64,000 bases of DNA from an uncultured Ignavibacteria bacterium (GTDB lineage: Bacteria; Bacteroidota; Ignavibacteria; UBA10030; SZUA-254), in NCBI GenBank assembly GCA_963724215.1, contig CAVRTZ010000026.1:75960-139959 (forward strand), given 5' to 3'. This document shows, in pieces, positions 43,523-53,349 of this stretch (positions are counted from its first letter, which is position 1; every line of letters starts with the position of its first letter). The translations under genes were made by a program, and so were the position numbers. The notes beneath the pieces were generated by a model. It saw nothing but the letters and a program-made list of their open reading frames with translations, searched no databases and was not told the origin of the DNA.

Positions 43523-44149
43523 ATGATCCCGACAGACCGTCGCGCGACACGCGCATTACCGGCCCTCATTTGGGCCCTCGTATTCTTTGTCGTCCAGCCC
43601 GGCGCCCTGCTCTCACAGGTGCAGGACCACGAGGAGGGATTCTTCCTGCGTCTCTCCGCCGGTGGGGGAGGCGCCACCACCGAAGCGAGCGACGGCGCCA
43701 ATACGGCCTCCTTCTCCGGCACGGCCGGGGACATCAACTTCGCCATCGGCGGGATGGTGGGATCCAACCTCGCTCTTCACGGCACATTCTTCGGATGGAG
43801 CATCACCGACCCTGAAATCGAGTTCAACGGCCAGACCGGAACAGCGCAGGGGGACCTGACCCTCGGGGCCTTCGGCGCCGGGGTCACCTACTACTTCATG
43901 CCGGTGAACATCTACATCTCCGGGTCGCTCGGTCTCGGCCGTTTCGACTATAACCAGGGGAGCTTCGAGGGGAGGTCGTCCACGGGACTCGTCTTCGACG
44001 CCACGGTGGGGAAGGAGTGGTGGGTGGGCGATTCGTGGGGCCTCGGCGTCGCACTGGGCCTCGGTGTGCACTCGATCCCGGATGACGACGTGGACGACAA
44101 CTGGTCCGGGGGGAGTGTCACCCTCAGGTTCAGCGCGACGATGAACTGA
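43523..44149 (+). CDS. putative outer-membrane beta-barrel protein
   Basis: Signal peptide ...ALIWALVFFVVQPGALLSQ. Gly/aromatic-rich alternating strands (...FGAGVTYYF..., ...WGLGVALGLGVH..., ...SVTLRFSATMN). Confidence 0.4.
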   Translation: MIPTDRRATRALPALIWALVFFVVQPGALLSQVQDHEEGFFLRLSAGGGGATTEASDGANTASFSGTAGDINFAIGGMVGSNLALHGTFFGWSITDPEIEFNGQTGTAQGDLTLGAFGAGVTYYFMPVNIYISGSLGLGRFDYNQGSFEGRSSTGLVFDATVGKEWWVGDSWGLGVALGLGVHSIPDDDVDDNWSGGSVTLRFSATMN

Positions 44150-44170
44150 CGCAAACCAGCGAGCGACCCC

Positions 44171-44923
44171 ATGCACATGAGACTCCTCACGGTCGACGTC
44201 GAGAAGGACGGCATTCACCTCCTCACGAAGCTCTACGCCGAGAAGGTCATCGCGGCCCTGGAGCGGATCGGGGGGTGCCGCTTCGCGGGTCTGATGCAGA
44301 GCGTCGAGCGCCCGGAGCGGTGCATCTCGCTGACGCTCTGGGACACTCCCGCCGACGCGACGGAGTACGAAAAATCGGGCGTCTACGGAAACCTCATCGA
44401 CGAATCCAAGGTTTTTTTCTCGCCGACCGTCGAGTATACCATCAAACTCTCGGAAGACCTGCGGGTGGAATATCTCCCCGTCACGAGCGAACCGGTGGTG
44501 CAGGCCTACCCGATCGCCGCCGCGAGCGAACCGGAGAGGCAGGGCCGCGACCTGCCGCAGCCCCTCTGGCTGAGGATCGTCTCTCTGACGATCCTGCCGG
44601 GGATGATGGACGAGTTCAAACAGTTGTACACGCGGCACTCCATCCCCGCGCTCCGGTCGGCGCCGGGCTGCCGGCACGTCTATCTCCTCGAGAACGATAG
44701 GAAGGGGGACGAGGTCTTTTCGATCACCATCTGGGAATCGAAGGAGCACGCGGCGGCGTACGAACAGAGCGGTGTCTTCGACCGGTTGATCGGGCTCCAG
44801 GAGCACACGCTCTCCGGTCACGCACAGGGGAAACTCCTCGACGGCGGGGCGGCGAAGTCCCGCGGCACCGGGGATGTCCTGGTGGAGCGTTTCACGATTC
44901 TCACTGGCCGCAGTTTCGGCTGA
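44171..44923 (+). CDS. tandem ABM/Dabb-like (antibiotic-biosynthesis-monooxygenase fold) domain protein
   Basis: Two repeats of the pattern ...(C/V)xSLTLWDTPADATEYEKSGVY... and ...VFSITIWESKEHAAAYEQSGVF... Confidence 0.5.
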   Translation: MHMRLLTVDVEKDGIHLLTKLYAEKVIAALERIGGCRFAGLMQSVERPERCISLTLWDTPADATEYEKSGVYGNLIDESKVFFSPTVEYTIKLSEDLRVEYLPVTSEPVVQAYPIAAASEPERQGRDLPQPLWLRIVSLTILPGMMDEFKQLYTRHSIPALRSAPGCRHVYLLENDRKGDEVFSITIWESKEHAAAYEQSGVFDRLIGLQEHTLSGHAQGKLLDGGAAKSRGTGDVLVERFTILTGRSFG

Positions 44924-44997
44924 TCGGTCCGGCGCGCGGGGAGTGGGCCTGTCCCCCGGCCGTCGCACCCCCAACGTTTATCCCGCACTCAAAACCC

Positions 44998-46728
44998 ATG
45001 AGAACACCCGCCCCGCCGGTCGTCCGCGTCCTGCTCCTCCTCGCCGTCGCAGCGTGCGAGGTTCCCGCGCTCCGCGCGCAGGTGGCCGACATCGTCATCG
45101 TCAACGCCGCCGTCCGCACCATGGACAGCGCACGGCCGGCGGCGACGGCCCTCGCAATCGCCGGGAACACCATCATCTTCGTCGGGACGGACGGCGGCGC
45201 GGGCGCCTTCGCCGGCGAACGGACCGAAGTGATCGACCTCGCAGGCAGGACGGTGATCCCGGGATTCATCGAAAGTCACGGACACCTCCTCGGCCTCGGG
45301 TATTTCCGGCAACGGCTCGAGCTCGGCGAAACCCGGAACTACGAAGAGATGGTCCGGATGGTGGCTGAGGCGGTGAAACTGGCGCGGCCGGGCGAGTGGA
45401 TCGAGGGCAGGGGCTGGCACCAGAGCAAGTGGGACCCGCGCCCCTTCCCTGAGGTCCGGGGATTCCAGACCCACGACGCGCTGAGCGCGGTCTCTCCCGA
45501 CAACCCGGTCTGGCTGAGGCACGCCAGCGGCCACGCGGGGATCGCCAACGCGCGCGCCATGGAGATCGCCGGTGTCGGCCCGCTCACCGCGTCACCGCCC
45601 GGCGGGGAGATCATCAGGGACACGCTCGGCCGCGCCACCGGGATCTTCGTGGAATTGGCGCAATCGATCATCGCCAACGCGATCCCCCCGGCGACGAAGG
45701 AGTCCAGGCGGAAAGCGCTCGGCACGGCCGTCGCGGAGTGCGTTTCGAAGGGCGTGACGACGTTCGTCGACGCGGGCGCGGACCGTTCGGAGATCGCCCT
45801 CTACCGGGAGACCGCCGACAGCGGGAAACTCGACATGCGGATCTGGGCGATGGTGGGCGGCCGGGACGACATCGGGAGGGAGGAGCTCTTCGCCCGTCCC
45901 CCCGACCGCGGCACCCCCGGCGGGTTCCTCACCGTACGGGCGCTGAAGCTCTCGATGGACGGCGCGCTGGGGTCGCGCAGCGCCTGGCTGATGGAGCCGT
46001 ACACCGACGATTCCACCAGCCACGGTCACGAGACGCTCGATCCCGAAGTCCTGTATGAAATTTCGGCCGAGGCGCTCAGGGCGGGGTACCAGGTCTGTGT
46101 CCACGCCATCGGCGACCGGGCCAACCGGGAGACGCTCGACGCGTTCGAGAGGGCGTTCAGGGAAAATCCCTCCGCGGCGAAGGACGCGCGCTTCCGCATC
46201 GAGCACGCGCAGACGCTCGATGAGAAGGACATCCCCCGGTTCGGACGGCTGGGGGTCATCGCGTCGATGCAGGGCATCCACTGCACCTCCGACAGGCCCT
46301 GGGTCGCGTCGAGGCTGGGCGAGGCCAGGATCGCGGAGGGGGCCTACGCGTGGAGGAAACTCCTGGACGCGGGGGCCGTCATCGTGAACGGCACGGACAC
46401 GCCGGTGGAGCCGGTCGATCCGTTGAAATGCTTCTACGCCTCCGTGACCCGCCAGCGGCCCGACGGCACGCCGCCCGGAGGGTTCGACCCCGGCCAGAAG
46501 ATGACACGGGAGGAGGCGCTCCGTTCCTATACGATCGATGCGGCGTACGCGATCTTCGCCGAGAACGAGCGCGGGTCGCTCCGCGAGGGAAAGGTGGCGG
46601 ACCTCGTGGTCCTCTCGAAGGACGTCATGGCCATCCCGGAGGCGGAGATCCTTTCGACCAACGTCCTCGCGACGATGGTGAACGGCAGGTTCGTGTATCT
46701 CGCGGCGGGGCCGGCCGGTGTGAAATGA
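44998..46728 (+). CDS. secreted metal-dependent amidohydrolase (Amidohydro_3-like)
   Basis: Signal peptide. ...VIPGFIESHGHLLGLG (HxH)...CVHAIGDRAN...RIEHAQ...GTDTPVEP... Confidence 0.75.
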   Translation: MRTPAPPVVRVLLLLAVAACEVPALRAQVADIVIVNAAVRTMDSARPAATALAIAGNTIIFVGTDGGAGAFAGERTEVIDLAGRTVIPGFIESHGHLLGLGYFRQRLELGETRNYEEMVRMVAEAVKLARPGEWIEGRGWHQSKWDPRPFPEVRGFQTHDALSAVSPDNPVWLRHASGHAGIANARAMEIAGVGPLTASPPGGEIIRDTLGRATGIFVELAQSIIANAIPPATKESRRKALGTAVAECVSKGVTTFVDAGADRSEIALYRETADSGKLDMRIWAMVGGRDDIGREELFARPPDRGTPGGFLTVRALKLSMDGALGSRSAWLMEPYTDDSTSHGHETLDPEVLYEISAEALRAGYQVCVHAIGDRANRETLDAFERAFRENPSAAKDARFRIEHAQTLDEKDIPRFGRLGVIASMQGIHCTSDRPWVASRLGEARIAEGAYAWRKLLDAGAVIVNGTDTPVEPVDPLKCFYASVTRQRPDGTPPGGFDPGQKMTREEALRSYTIDAAYAIFAENERGSLREGKVADLVVLSKDVMAIPEAEILSTNVLATMVNGRFVYLAAGPAGVK

Positions 46729-47651
46729 CCTCCACGCCAACGGCGGGCGGACGGGCGGCGGACGCGGCGTTCGAATACTGCGCCCGCCTGACCGCCAGCC
46801 ATTATGAAAATTTTCCCGTCGCGTCCCTTTTCCTCCCGGAAGAGAAACGCCCCTACGTCCAGGCCATTTACGCCTTCAGCCGGTCCGCGGACGATTTCGC
46901 CGACGAGGGGGAGCTCGCCCCGCAGGCCCGACTGGACCATCTCGACGACTGGGGTCGCAGGCTGGACCGCGCGTACGACGGCGAAGCCGACCACCCCGTC
47001 TTCATCGCGCTCGCCGAGACCGTCCGGAACAACGAAATACCGCGAACATACCTCGCGGACCTCCTCTCCGCCTTCCGCCAGGACGTCGTGAAGAACCGTT
47101 ACGACGACCTGCCGGAGCTCCTCGATTACTGCTCCCGCTCGGCGAACCCGGTCGGCAGGATCGTCCTCCACATCTTCGGCCACCGGGACGAGGGACTCTC
47201 GCTCCTCTCCGACGAGATCTGCACGGGGCTCCAGCTGACGAACTTCTGGCAGGACGTCGGGGTGGACCGCGACAAGGACCGGCTCTATGTGCCGCTCACG
47301 GAGATGGAACGACACCAGTACACCGAGGAGGAATGGCGCGGGCGCGTTCTGAACGACCGTTTTCGCGCGATGATGAAATCCCTGGTCTCGATGACGAGGG
47401 AAAAGTTCCGGGCCGGGGTCCGGCTCCCGGACCTCGCGGAGCGTGAGATCGCCCTCGAGCTGCGCCTCGTCTGGCTGGGGGGGATGACGATCCTCGCGGG
47501 CATCGACCGGTCGGGGTACGACCTGTACGCCCGGCGCCCCACCCTCGGGGCCCGCCGGAAACTCGGCATCCTTTTGCGCGGGTTCTTCATGAAGGACCTG
47601 TCCCGTTACGGCATGCAGAAGCGGCGGGGGAGGTCGTGGGAGCTCCCGTGA
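46725..47651 (+). CDS. hpnC: squalene synthase HpnC
   Basis: ATGA overlap with the upstream gene. ...LTASHYENFPVASLFLP...YAFSRSADDFADEG...LQLTNFWQDVGVD... The HYENFPVAS motif is, from memory, diagnostic for HpnC. Confidence 0.8.
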   Translation: MTSTPTAGGRAADAAFEYCARLTASHYENFPVASLFLPEEKRPYVQAIYAFSRSADDFADEGELAPQARLDHLDDWGRRLDRAYDGEADHPVFIALAETVRNNEIPRTYLADLLSAFRQDVVKNRYDDLPELLDYCSRSANPVGRIVLHIFGHRDEGLSLLSDEICTGLQLTNFWQDVGVDRDKDRLYVPLTEMERHQYTEEEWRGRVLNDRFRAMMKSLVSMTREKFRAGVRLPDLAEREIALELRLVWLGGMTILAGIDRSGYDLYARRPTLGARRKLGILLRGFFMKDLSRYGMQKRRGRSWELP

Positions 47652-48490
47652 ATCCGGAGGCCGGCGCCGGGGGGCCGCCCGTGAGGACGAGCTTCGCGTA
47701 TTCGTTTCCATTCCTCCCCGCGCGCCGCCGCCGCGCCCTCGCAACCGTGTACTCCTTCTGCCGTGCCACCGACGACATCGTGGACGGTCCGGGGAGCGCC
47801 GGGGAGAAACGCGCCAGGCTCGACCGCTGGAGGAGGGACCTCGCGGACGCCCTCTCCGCCGGTTCCGACCTGCCGCTCCTGAACGAGCTCGCCCGCGTTT
47901 CCGGGGAGTTCAGCGTTCCGGCGCACCTCTTCCACGACCTCGTCCGCGGCGTCGCGATGGACCTGGACACAGCGCGGTACCGGTCGTTCGACTCCCTGAA
48001 GGAGTATTGCCACCTTGTCGCCTCCACCGTGGGCCTCATGTGCCTCGGTATTTTCGGACGGTGGAACCCGAGGACGGAGGAGTACGCGCGGACGGTCGGC
48101 ATTGCGCTCCAGCTCACCAACATCATCAGGGACGTCCGCGCCGACGCCGCGATGGGCCGCATCTATCTTCCGCTCGAGGACCTCGGGACGCACGGATGCA
48201 GCGAGGAAGAGATCCTGGCCGGCAGGGACTCCGACCGTTTCCGGCGGCTCATGGAATTCCAGGCCTCGCGAGCGGAGGCCTGGTACGCGAAGGCCGGTTC
48301 ACTCCTGGATTCGTCGGACCTCCCCGCCATGAGACCGGCGAGGATCATGGAAGAAATCTACCATCGCACACTCCGGAAAATCGCCGCGTCGGGATATGAC
48401 GTCCTGGGCGGGACCATCAGGATCTCCCGGCCCGCGCGGCTTGCGGTCGCCTTCCGGTACGGCGTCCTCGGCAGGTTCTTCGCGCCGTGA
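47648..48490 (+). CDS. hpnD: presqualene diphosphate synthase HpnD
   Basis: GTG 47648 (GTGA overlap with the hpnC stop; alternative GTG 47636). ...SFAYSFPFLPARRRRALATVYSFCRATDDIVD...ALQLTNIIRDVRADAAMGRIYLP... Confidence 0.8.
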   Translation: MNPEAGAGGPPVRTSFAYSFPFLPARRRRALATVYSFCRATDDIVDGPGSAGEKRARLDRWRRDLADALSAGSDLPLLNELARVSGEFSVPAHLFHDLVRGVAMDLDTARYRSFDSLKEYCHLVASTVGLMCLGIFGRWNPRTEEYARTVGIALQLTNIIRDVRADAAMGRIYLPLEDLGTHGCSEEEILAGRDSDRFRRLMEFQASRAEAWYAKAGSLLDSSDLPAMRPARIMEEIYHRTLRKIAASGYDVLGGTIRISRPARLAVAFRYGVLGRFFAP

Positions 48491-49827
48491 CGTACGACGC
48501 CGTCATCGTCGGCGGGGGCCTGAGCGGCCTCGCCGCGGCCGTAAAAATCTCCGCCGGCGGCGGCACGGTGGCGCTCCTCGAGCAGGCTCCGAGACTGGGG
48601 GGCAGGTGTTATTCGTTCCGCGACCCGACGACCGGCGAGACGGTCGACAACGGGCAGCACGTCCTGCTCGGGTCGTACCGGTCGCTGCTCCACTACCTCG
48701 GGACCATCGGCACCTCGCACCACCTCAGGGCCGAAGCTTCCCTCACGCTGCCGTTCCACCACCCCGAGCGGGGCTTCGCGACATTCCACATCCCCACACT
48801 CCCGGCGCCGCTCGACCTGACCGCGGGAATCCTGAAATACCGTCTCCTTTCGGTACGGGAAAGAGCCGACCTCCTGAACGCGGGGAGGTGGCTCAGTTCC
48901 TGGACTCCGGCGAAAGCGAAGACACTGAGCCGGCTGACCGTCGACTCGTGGCTGACGGCGATGGGACAGGGCCGGAACTCGCGCGACTGCTTCTGGGACC
49001 CGATCTCGGTTTCCGTCATGAACGAAAGGCCCGACACCGCATCGGCCCTGCTCTTCGCCCGGACGATGCGGAGGGCTTTCCTCGAAAAGCGGTCCGACAG
49101 CCGGATGCTCATCCCCGCCGTCGGCCAGACGGAACTCTACGTCGGAGGGGCGGTGACGCTGCTCGAATCGGCGGGCTCGATGGTGAGGGTGAAGACGCCC
49201 GCCGCCGCGATCGTCCTGAACGCCGGGCGCGCCGGCGGCGTTCGGCTGCGCGACGGGACCGTCATCAGGGGCCGGAGCGTCGTCTCCACCGTGCCCCCCT
49301 GGAGCCTGGGCGGGATCCTGCCGGAACGCGGGGCGTGCGCGCCCCTGGCAGCCGCGGCCCGTTCGATCAAGCCGTCACCGATCGTCTCGATCAACCTCTG
49401 GTTTGACCGGCCCTTCATGGAGGGGGACGTCCTCGGAATCATCGGGAAGCAGATCCAGTGGGCGTTCAACCGGCGGGCGATACTCGGGGAAGGGAAGGGA
49501 AAGGGCGGCTGCGTCGCCTGCGTCATCAGCGCGGCGGGCGATGTGATCGGGCGCTCCGCCCCGGCGCTCACCGCCCTGGCGGTGGAAGAGCTCCGCGCGG
49601 TCTACAGCGGCGCCGCCCGCGCCACACTGGTCCATTCGGCGGTGATCAAGGAAAAGCGGGCGACGTTTTCACCGACGCCGGAGACCGAGGCGATCCGTCC
49701 CGGGGCCGGGACGCCCGTGGAGGGCTTCTACCTGGCCGGAGACTGGACCGATACGGGGCTCCCGGCGACCATCGAAGGGGCCGTCGTCAGCGGGTACGCG
49801 GCCGCCGACCTGGTCCTCCGGGATTGA
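48487..49827 (+). CDS. hpnE: hydroxysqualene dehydroxylase HpnE (FAD amine-oxidase family)
   Basis: GTGA overlap with hpnD. Dinucleotide fold YDAVIVGGGLSGLAAAVKI. 446 aa. Third gene in the hpnCDE order. Confidence 0.75.
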   Translation: MTYDAVIVGGGLSGLAAAVKISAGGGTVALLEQAPRLGGRCYSFRDPTTGETVDNGQHVLLGSYRSLLHYLGTIGTSHHLRAEASLTLPFHHPERGFATFHIPTLPAPLDLTAGILKYRLLSVRERADLLNAGRWLSSWTPAKAKTLSRLTVDSWLTAMGQGRNSRDCFWDPISVSVMNERPDTASALLFARTMRRAFLEKRSDSRMLIPAVGQTELYVGGAVTLLESAGSMVRVKTPAAAIVLNAGRAGGVRLRDGTVIRGRSVVSTVPPWSLGGILPERGACAPLAAAARSIKPSPIVSINLWFDRPFMEGDVLGIIGKQIQWAFNRRAILGEGKGKGGCVACVISAAGDVIGRSAPALTALAVEELRAVYSGAARATLVHSAVIKEKRATFSPTPETEAIRPGAGTPVEGFYLAGDWTDTGLPATIEGAVVSGYAAADLVLRD

Positions 49828-49842
49828 CAGGGCAGGGGGCGC

Positions 49843-50461
49843 TCAGGCCCGGAGGGCGGGGCCGAGGACCCAGTTCACGCCGGCCTCGATGAAACCCGCC
49901 GTCGCGAAGAGGACGAGGGCGATGGCCCACTTGTACCGGACGGCCTTGATGTCGTGGACGACGATGATGGAGAAAAACAACAGGAGGAGTGAATAGAAGC
50001 ACATGATCACCGTCGGGATCGTCGGGTCCGTCAGTCCCATGAGGGAGAGGGAGATCGATTCGTCGACCTGCAGTGCCGTGCGGCCGTGAAGCAGGTACTG
50101 GAAGAAAACGGTCACCGCTTCCGGGAGCCTCGCCGTGGCGTTGACGAACGCCATCGACATCAGGAACAGGTTTTTCGGGAGAGCGGAGGAAAAGGGCGAA
50201 GGAGACGATGCCGAGGCCGAACGTCCACGCCTGGCCCGCGAGGGCGGACATCCCGCAATCGCCCGGGACCAGTTCGGGGGTCATCAGGGAAATGACGGGG
50301 CGGGCGACGGAGGAGGGCCCGCCGCAGAACGCGGCGCCTCCGTAGCGGTGCGCCATCTGGTGAGTCAGCAGGGAAACCGCAACCGCCGCGACGAATGCTG
50401 GAATGCCCGCCAGCAACAACCAGCGCGTGGAGAGCGTCGGTTCATCCTCGAGTAGGGTCAT
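49843..50461 (-). pseudogene. hypothetical polytopic membrane protein (HQMAH motif), one frame disruption
   Basis: ORFs 49787-50461 and 49843-50160 (minus) join as ...GLGIVSFALFLRSPE(K)/NLFLMSMAFVNATARLP... around the A-run near 50170-50175. Hydrophobic throughout. Confidence 0.4.
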
Positions 50462-50572
50462 ATCCTCAACGTGTGTCCTGATCGGTATCAGCGCCGGTCA
50501 TGGTACGCATTTCCCCCGTGATGCGCAACCGGTTTTTGCTTTTTCACGACGAAGGTGCTACTTTGATCGGCC

Positions 50573-51864
50573 ATGGACAGTCTACAGCACGCTGATTTTC
50601 TTCAAGGAGCTCGAGTGGAGGGGTTTCCTCCATAGCGCCACCCCCGGCGTGAAGGAACACCTTGCCGCCGGCCAGGTCACCGGGTACATCGGCTTCGATC
50701 CCACCGCGTCGAGCCTCCACGTCGGTTCGCTCCTCCCGATCATGGGACTGGTGCACCTGCAGCGGTGCGGTCACCGGCCGATCGCCATCGCCGGGGGCGG
50801 GACCGGGATGATCGGCGATCCGAGCGGTAAATCCCAGGAACGCAACCTGCTCGGCGCCGACGAGATCGGACAGAACCTCGAGGGGATCCGGGCGCAGCTC
50901 TCCCATTTCCTCGACTTCGGGAAGGGCGCCAACCCGGCGCTGATCGTCAACAACGCCGACTGGCTCGCACCCCTTCGCGTGATGGACTTCCTCCGGGACG
51001 TCGGGAAGTTCTTTTCGGTCAACGAGATGCTCGCGCGGGATTCGGTCAAATCGCGTATCGCGAAGGAGCAGGGGATCTCGTACACCGAGTTCAGTTATTC
51101 GGTGCTGCAGTCGTACGATTTCCTGGCGCTCTTCGACCGGTTCGGCTGCACGCTGCAGATGGGCGGGAGCGACCAGTGGGGAAACATCGTCTCGGGCATC
51201 GACCTGATCAGGAGGATGCGGTCACGGGACGTTCACGGCATCGTGTACCCGCTCATCACGACGTCGTCGGGCGCGAAGTTCGGGAAAACGGAGGCGGGGA
51301 CCGTCTGGCTCGACCCGGTGAGGACGTCGCCGTACGGCTTCTACCAGTTCTGGCTGAACACCGACGACAAGGACGTCGTGCAGTACCTCAAGTTTTTCAC
51401 GCTGCTTCCGCCCGAGGAGATCCGCGGCCTCGCCGAATCGCACGGGAAGGACCCGGGGAAGAGGGAGGCGCACCGGAACCTCGCCTCCGCGGTGACCGCG
51501 ATGCTGCACGGGGAATCGGGCCTGGCCCAGGCGAATCGCGCATCGGAGATATTTTTCGGCGCCGAAATCGCGGGCGTGCCGGAACAGGTGCTGCTCGAGA
51601 TATTCTCCGACGTCCCCTCGTGCGAATATCCCCGCTCCACGCTGGAATCGGGCGCGGTCAGCATCGTGGACCTCCTGGTCGCGGCCGGCGTCGCCGGCTC
51701 GAAGGGCGAGGCCCGCAGGGCCGTCGAGGGGGGCGGCATCTACCTGAACAACGTGACGGATCGGATCCCCCGCCGGGACCGTCGGGCCGGGGGCGGCGCT
51801 CCACGGAAAATTTCTCGTCCTCCGGAAAGGGAGCAGGAACTACACCCTCGTCCGCCTGGTCTGA
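50573..51864 (+). pseudogene. tyrS: tyrosine--tRNA ligase, two frame disruptions
   Basis: ATG 50573 MDSLQHADFL / KELEWRGFLHSATPG...GYIGFDPTASSLHVGSLL (HIGH)...AKFGKTEAG (KMSKS-like)...EARRAVEGGGIYLNNV.. / ..GPGAALHGKFLVLRKGSRNYTLVRLV* (TGA 51862-64). Shifts near 50600 and in the C-run 51767-71. Confidence 0.9.
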
Positions 51865-51909
51865 CCCGGGAACGGTGCGAACCGCGGACCGCCCTTCCCG
51901 GGGAGTTTT
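51865..51909 (+). terminator. possible terminator-like hairpin after tyrS
   Basis: CCCGGGAA (51865-72) pairs with TTCCCGGG (51895-902) around an inner CGGT-GCGA-ACCG mini-hairpin, followed by GAGTTTT. Large loop and short U-tract. Confidence 0.3.
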
Positions 51910-52091
51910 CACCGGCCTCCCACCGCCTCCCGATCCTCTCAATCCTGGTCATCCCCACCCAACGCCTCATTTCACATTTGAGAACCGTCACGGTGAACCC
52001 CTCGATTTCCCGTGGAATGCACATTTCCGGTCTGGCATAATTTTTGAGGTTTAATTGTTCGGCGTAGTGTGCAATCACATCAAGGCTTATC

Positions 52092-53136
52092 ATGAACGTC
52101 ACGTCGTCATACCCATCGAAACCCCACCCCGAGGCCGGAGCGCCGGACCTTCCCCGCATCATCATCTGGCAAATCGCGCCCGGACCCGGACGGTCCGGAA
52201 ACGGACCCGCCGCGGGACAAAGCGACGCGCCACAGCGAGCCGCTCAACACGAGCGAGTGCATGCTCGTCATCGATTCCATCGCCCGCACGGCGAAACCGA
52301 TCGTCGTCCTGATCGGCGAACGGATCCTGGAACGGTATCCCCGACTCCCCGAGATCCTCGAGTACGGTCGCGCGCTCGGCCTCAAGATGATCGTGGAGGT
52401 GTCGCCCGCCGAACTCACCGACGACGTCATCGCGAAGTACCACCATTTCGGAGAGAGGGTCTTCAGGGTGAAGATCAGCCAGTCGGTCAGCGACAACACG
52501 GACTCCCGCATCGAAGACACATCCTTTTTCGCGGAACTCGACGACAGCCTCGACCGGCTTGCAAAATCAGGATACGAAACGCACCTCGTCTATACCGCGA
52601 CCGGACCGGACATCCGGACACTCGCCCTCGTCCATGACTACGCCGTGCGCAGGTCGGCCAGGGGCCTGTACTGCCACCTGCGGTTCGATATGGGGAACGG
52701 GAAACAGCCCCGTGACGGACACTCCGTGGATGATTTCATCGAGCGTTTCGCGACGATGAAGGAATACAGTCCCGCGTCGATGATCATCTCGCCCCAGTGC
52801 GTGAAATTCGTCCATCATTCCCATCGTCCGGGCGATCAGGACCAGGGCGGTGGAAACCGCGGGTCGTGGGAATATACCTGCCTGGCGGGGAAATCGTATG
52901 CGTTCATCGACGAGACCGGAAGGGTCCAACTCTGCGGCGGCAACCCGGACAAGCGTTCGACCCTCCGGGACGCCGGGTATGATTTCCGGAAAATCTGGTC
53001 TCATTCACCGGCGTTCACCGGTTCGAGGAGGATCTGCCGGAACTGCCTTCACGGCTACCATTCGCTCCACCCGGTCGCCGGAGACGAGGCCGTGCTTCAG
53101 GGCCCGCCCCCCGGGCCGGGGGCCGCTGCGTCCTGA
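52092..53136 (+). pseudogene. radical-SAM-fold/SPASM-like protein lacking the CxxxCxxC cluster motif, one frame disruption
   Basis: ...DLPRIIIWQIA (frame of ORF 52092) then PDPDGPETDPPRDKATRHSEPLNTSECMLVIDSIARTAKPIVVLIGERIL... (ORF 52261-53136). C-terminal ...CLAGKSYAFIDETGRVQLCGG...ICRNC. Layout parallels NirJ/AhbD-type rSAM enzymes as I remember them. Confidence 0.55.
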
Positions 53137-53182
53137 TCGATCCGGATTCCGGCCGGGGCGGGTTCAGGCCGGCCGCGACCGT

Positions 53183-53201
53183 GCGGCGGCCGGTCCGCCG
53201 C
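53183..53201 (+). terminator. GC-rich hairpin after the rSAM-like gene (weak terminator candidate)
   Basis: GCGGCGG, CCGGT loop, CCGCCGC, then GTTTC. Only three T residues. Confidence 0.25.
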
Positions 53202-53257
53202 GTTTCATCCCTCTCCCCGTCTGCCGCGCGGGCCCGCCCGCGGCCTGATCATTCCGG

Positions 53258-53286
53258 TTGATTTTCACACTCTTCTTTATTATACT
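53258..53286 (+). promoter_or_regulatory. candidate sigma70-type promoter upstream of the T9SS-tail protein
   Basis: TTGATT (53258-63), 17 nt, TATACT (53281-86), 64 nt before ATG 53350. Confidence 0.4.
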
Positions 53287-53349
53287 ACCGCGACTTTACG
53301 GCTCACGCCTCACCCCGCCTGAGCCCGATCCATTCCATCACCATCCATC

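Noticed and set aside
46725-49827. The three-gene block as a carotenoid (crtM/crtB + crtN/crtI) cluster.
   Set aside because: The first gene carries the HYENFPVAS motif and the gene order matches hpnC-hpnD-hpnE. Two consecutive SQS/PSY-family genes followed by an amine-oxidase is the squalene arrangement. Only a phylogeny can fully exclude the carotenoid alternative.
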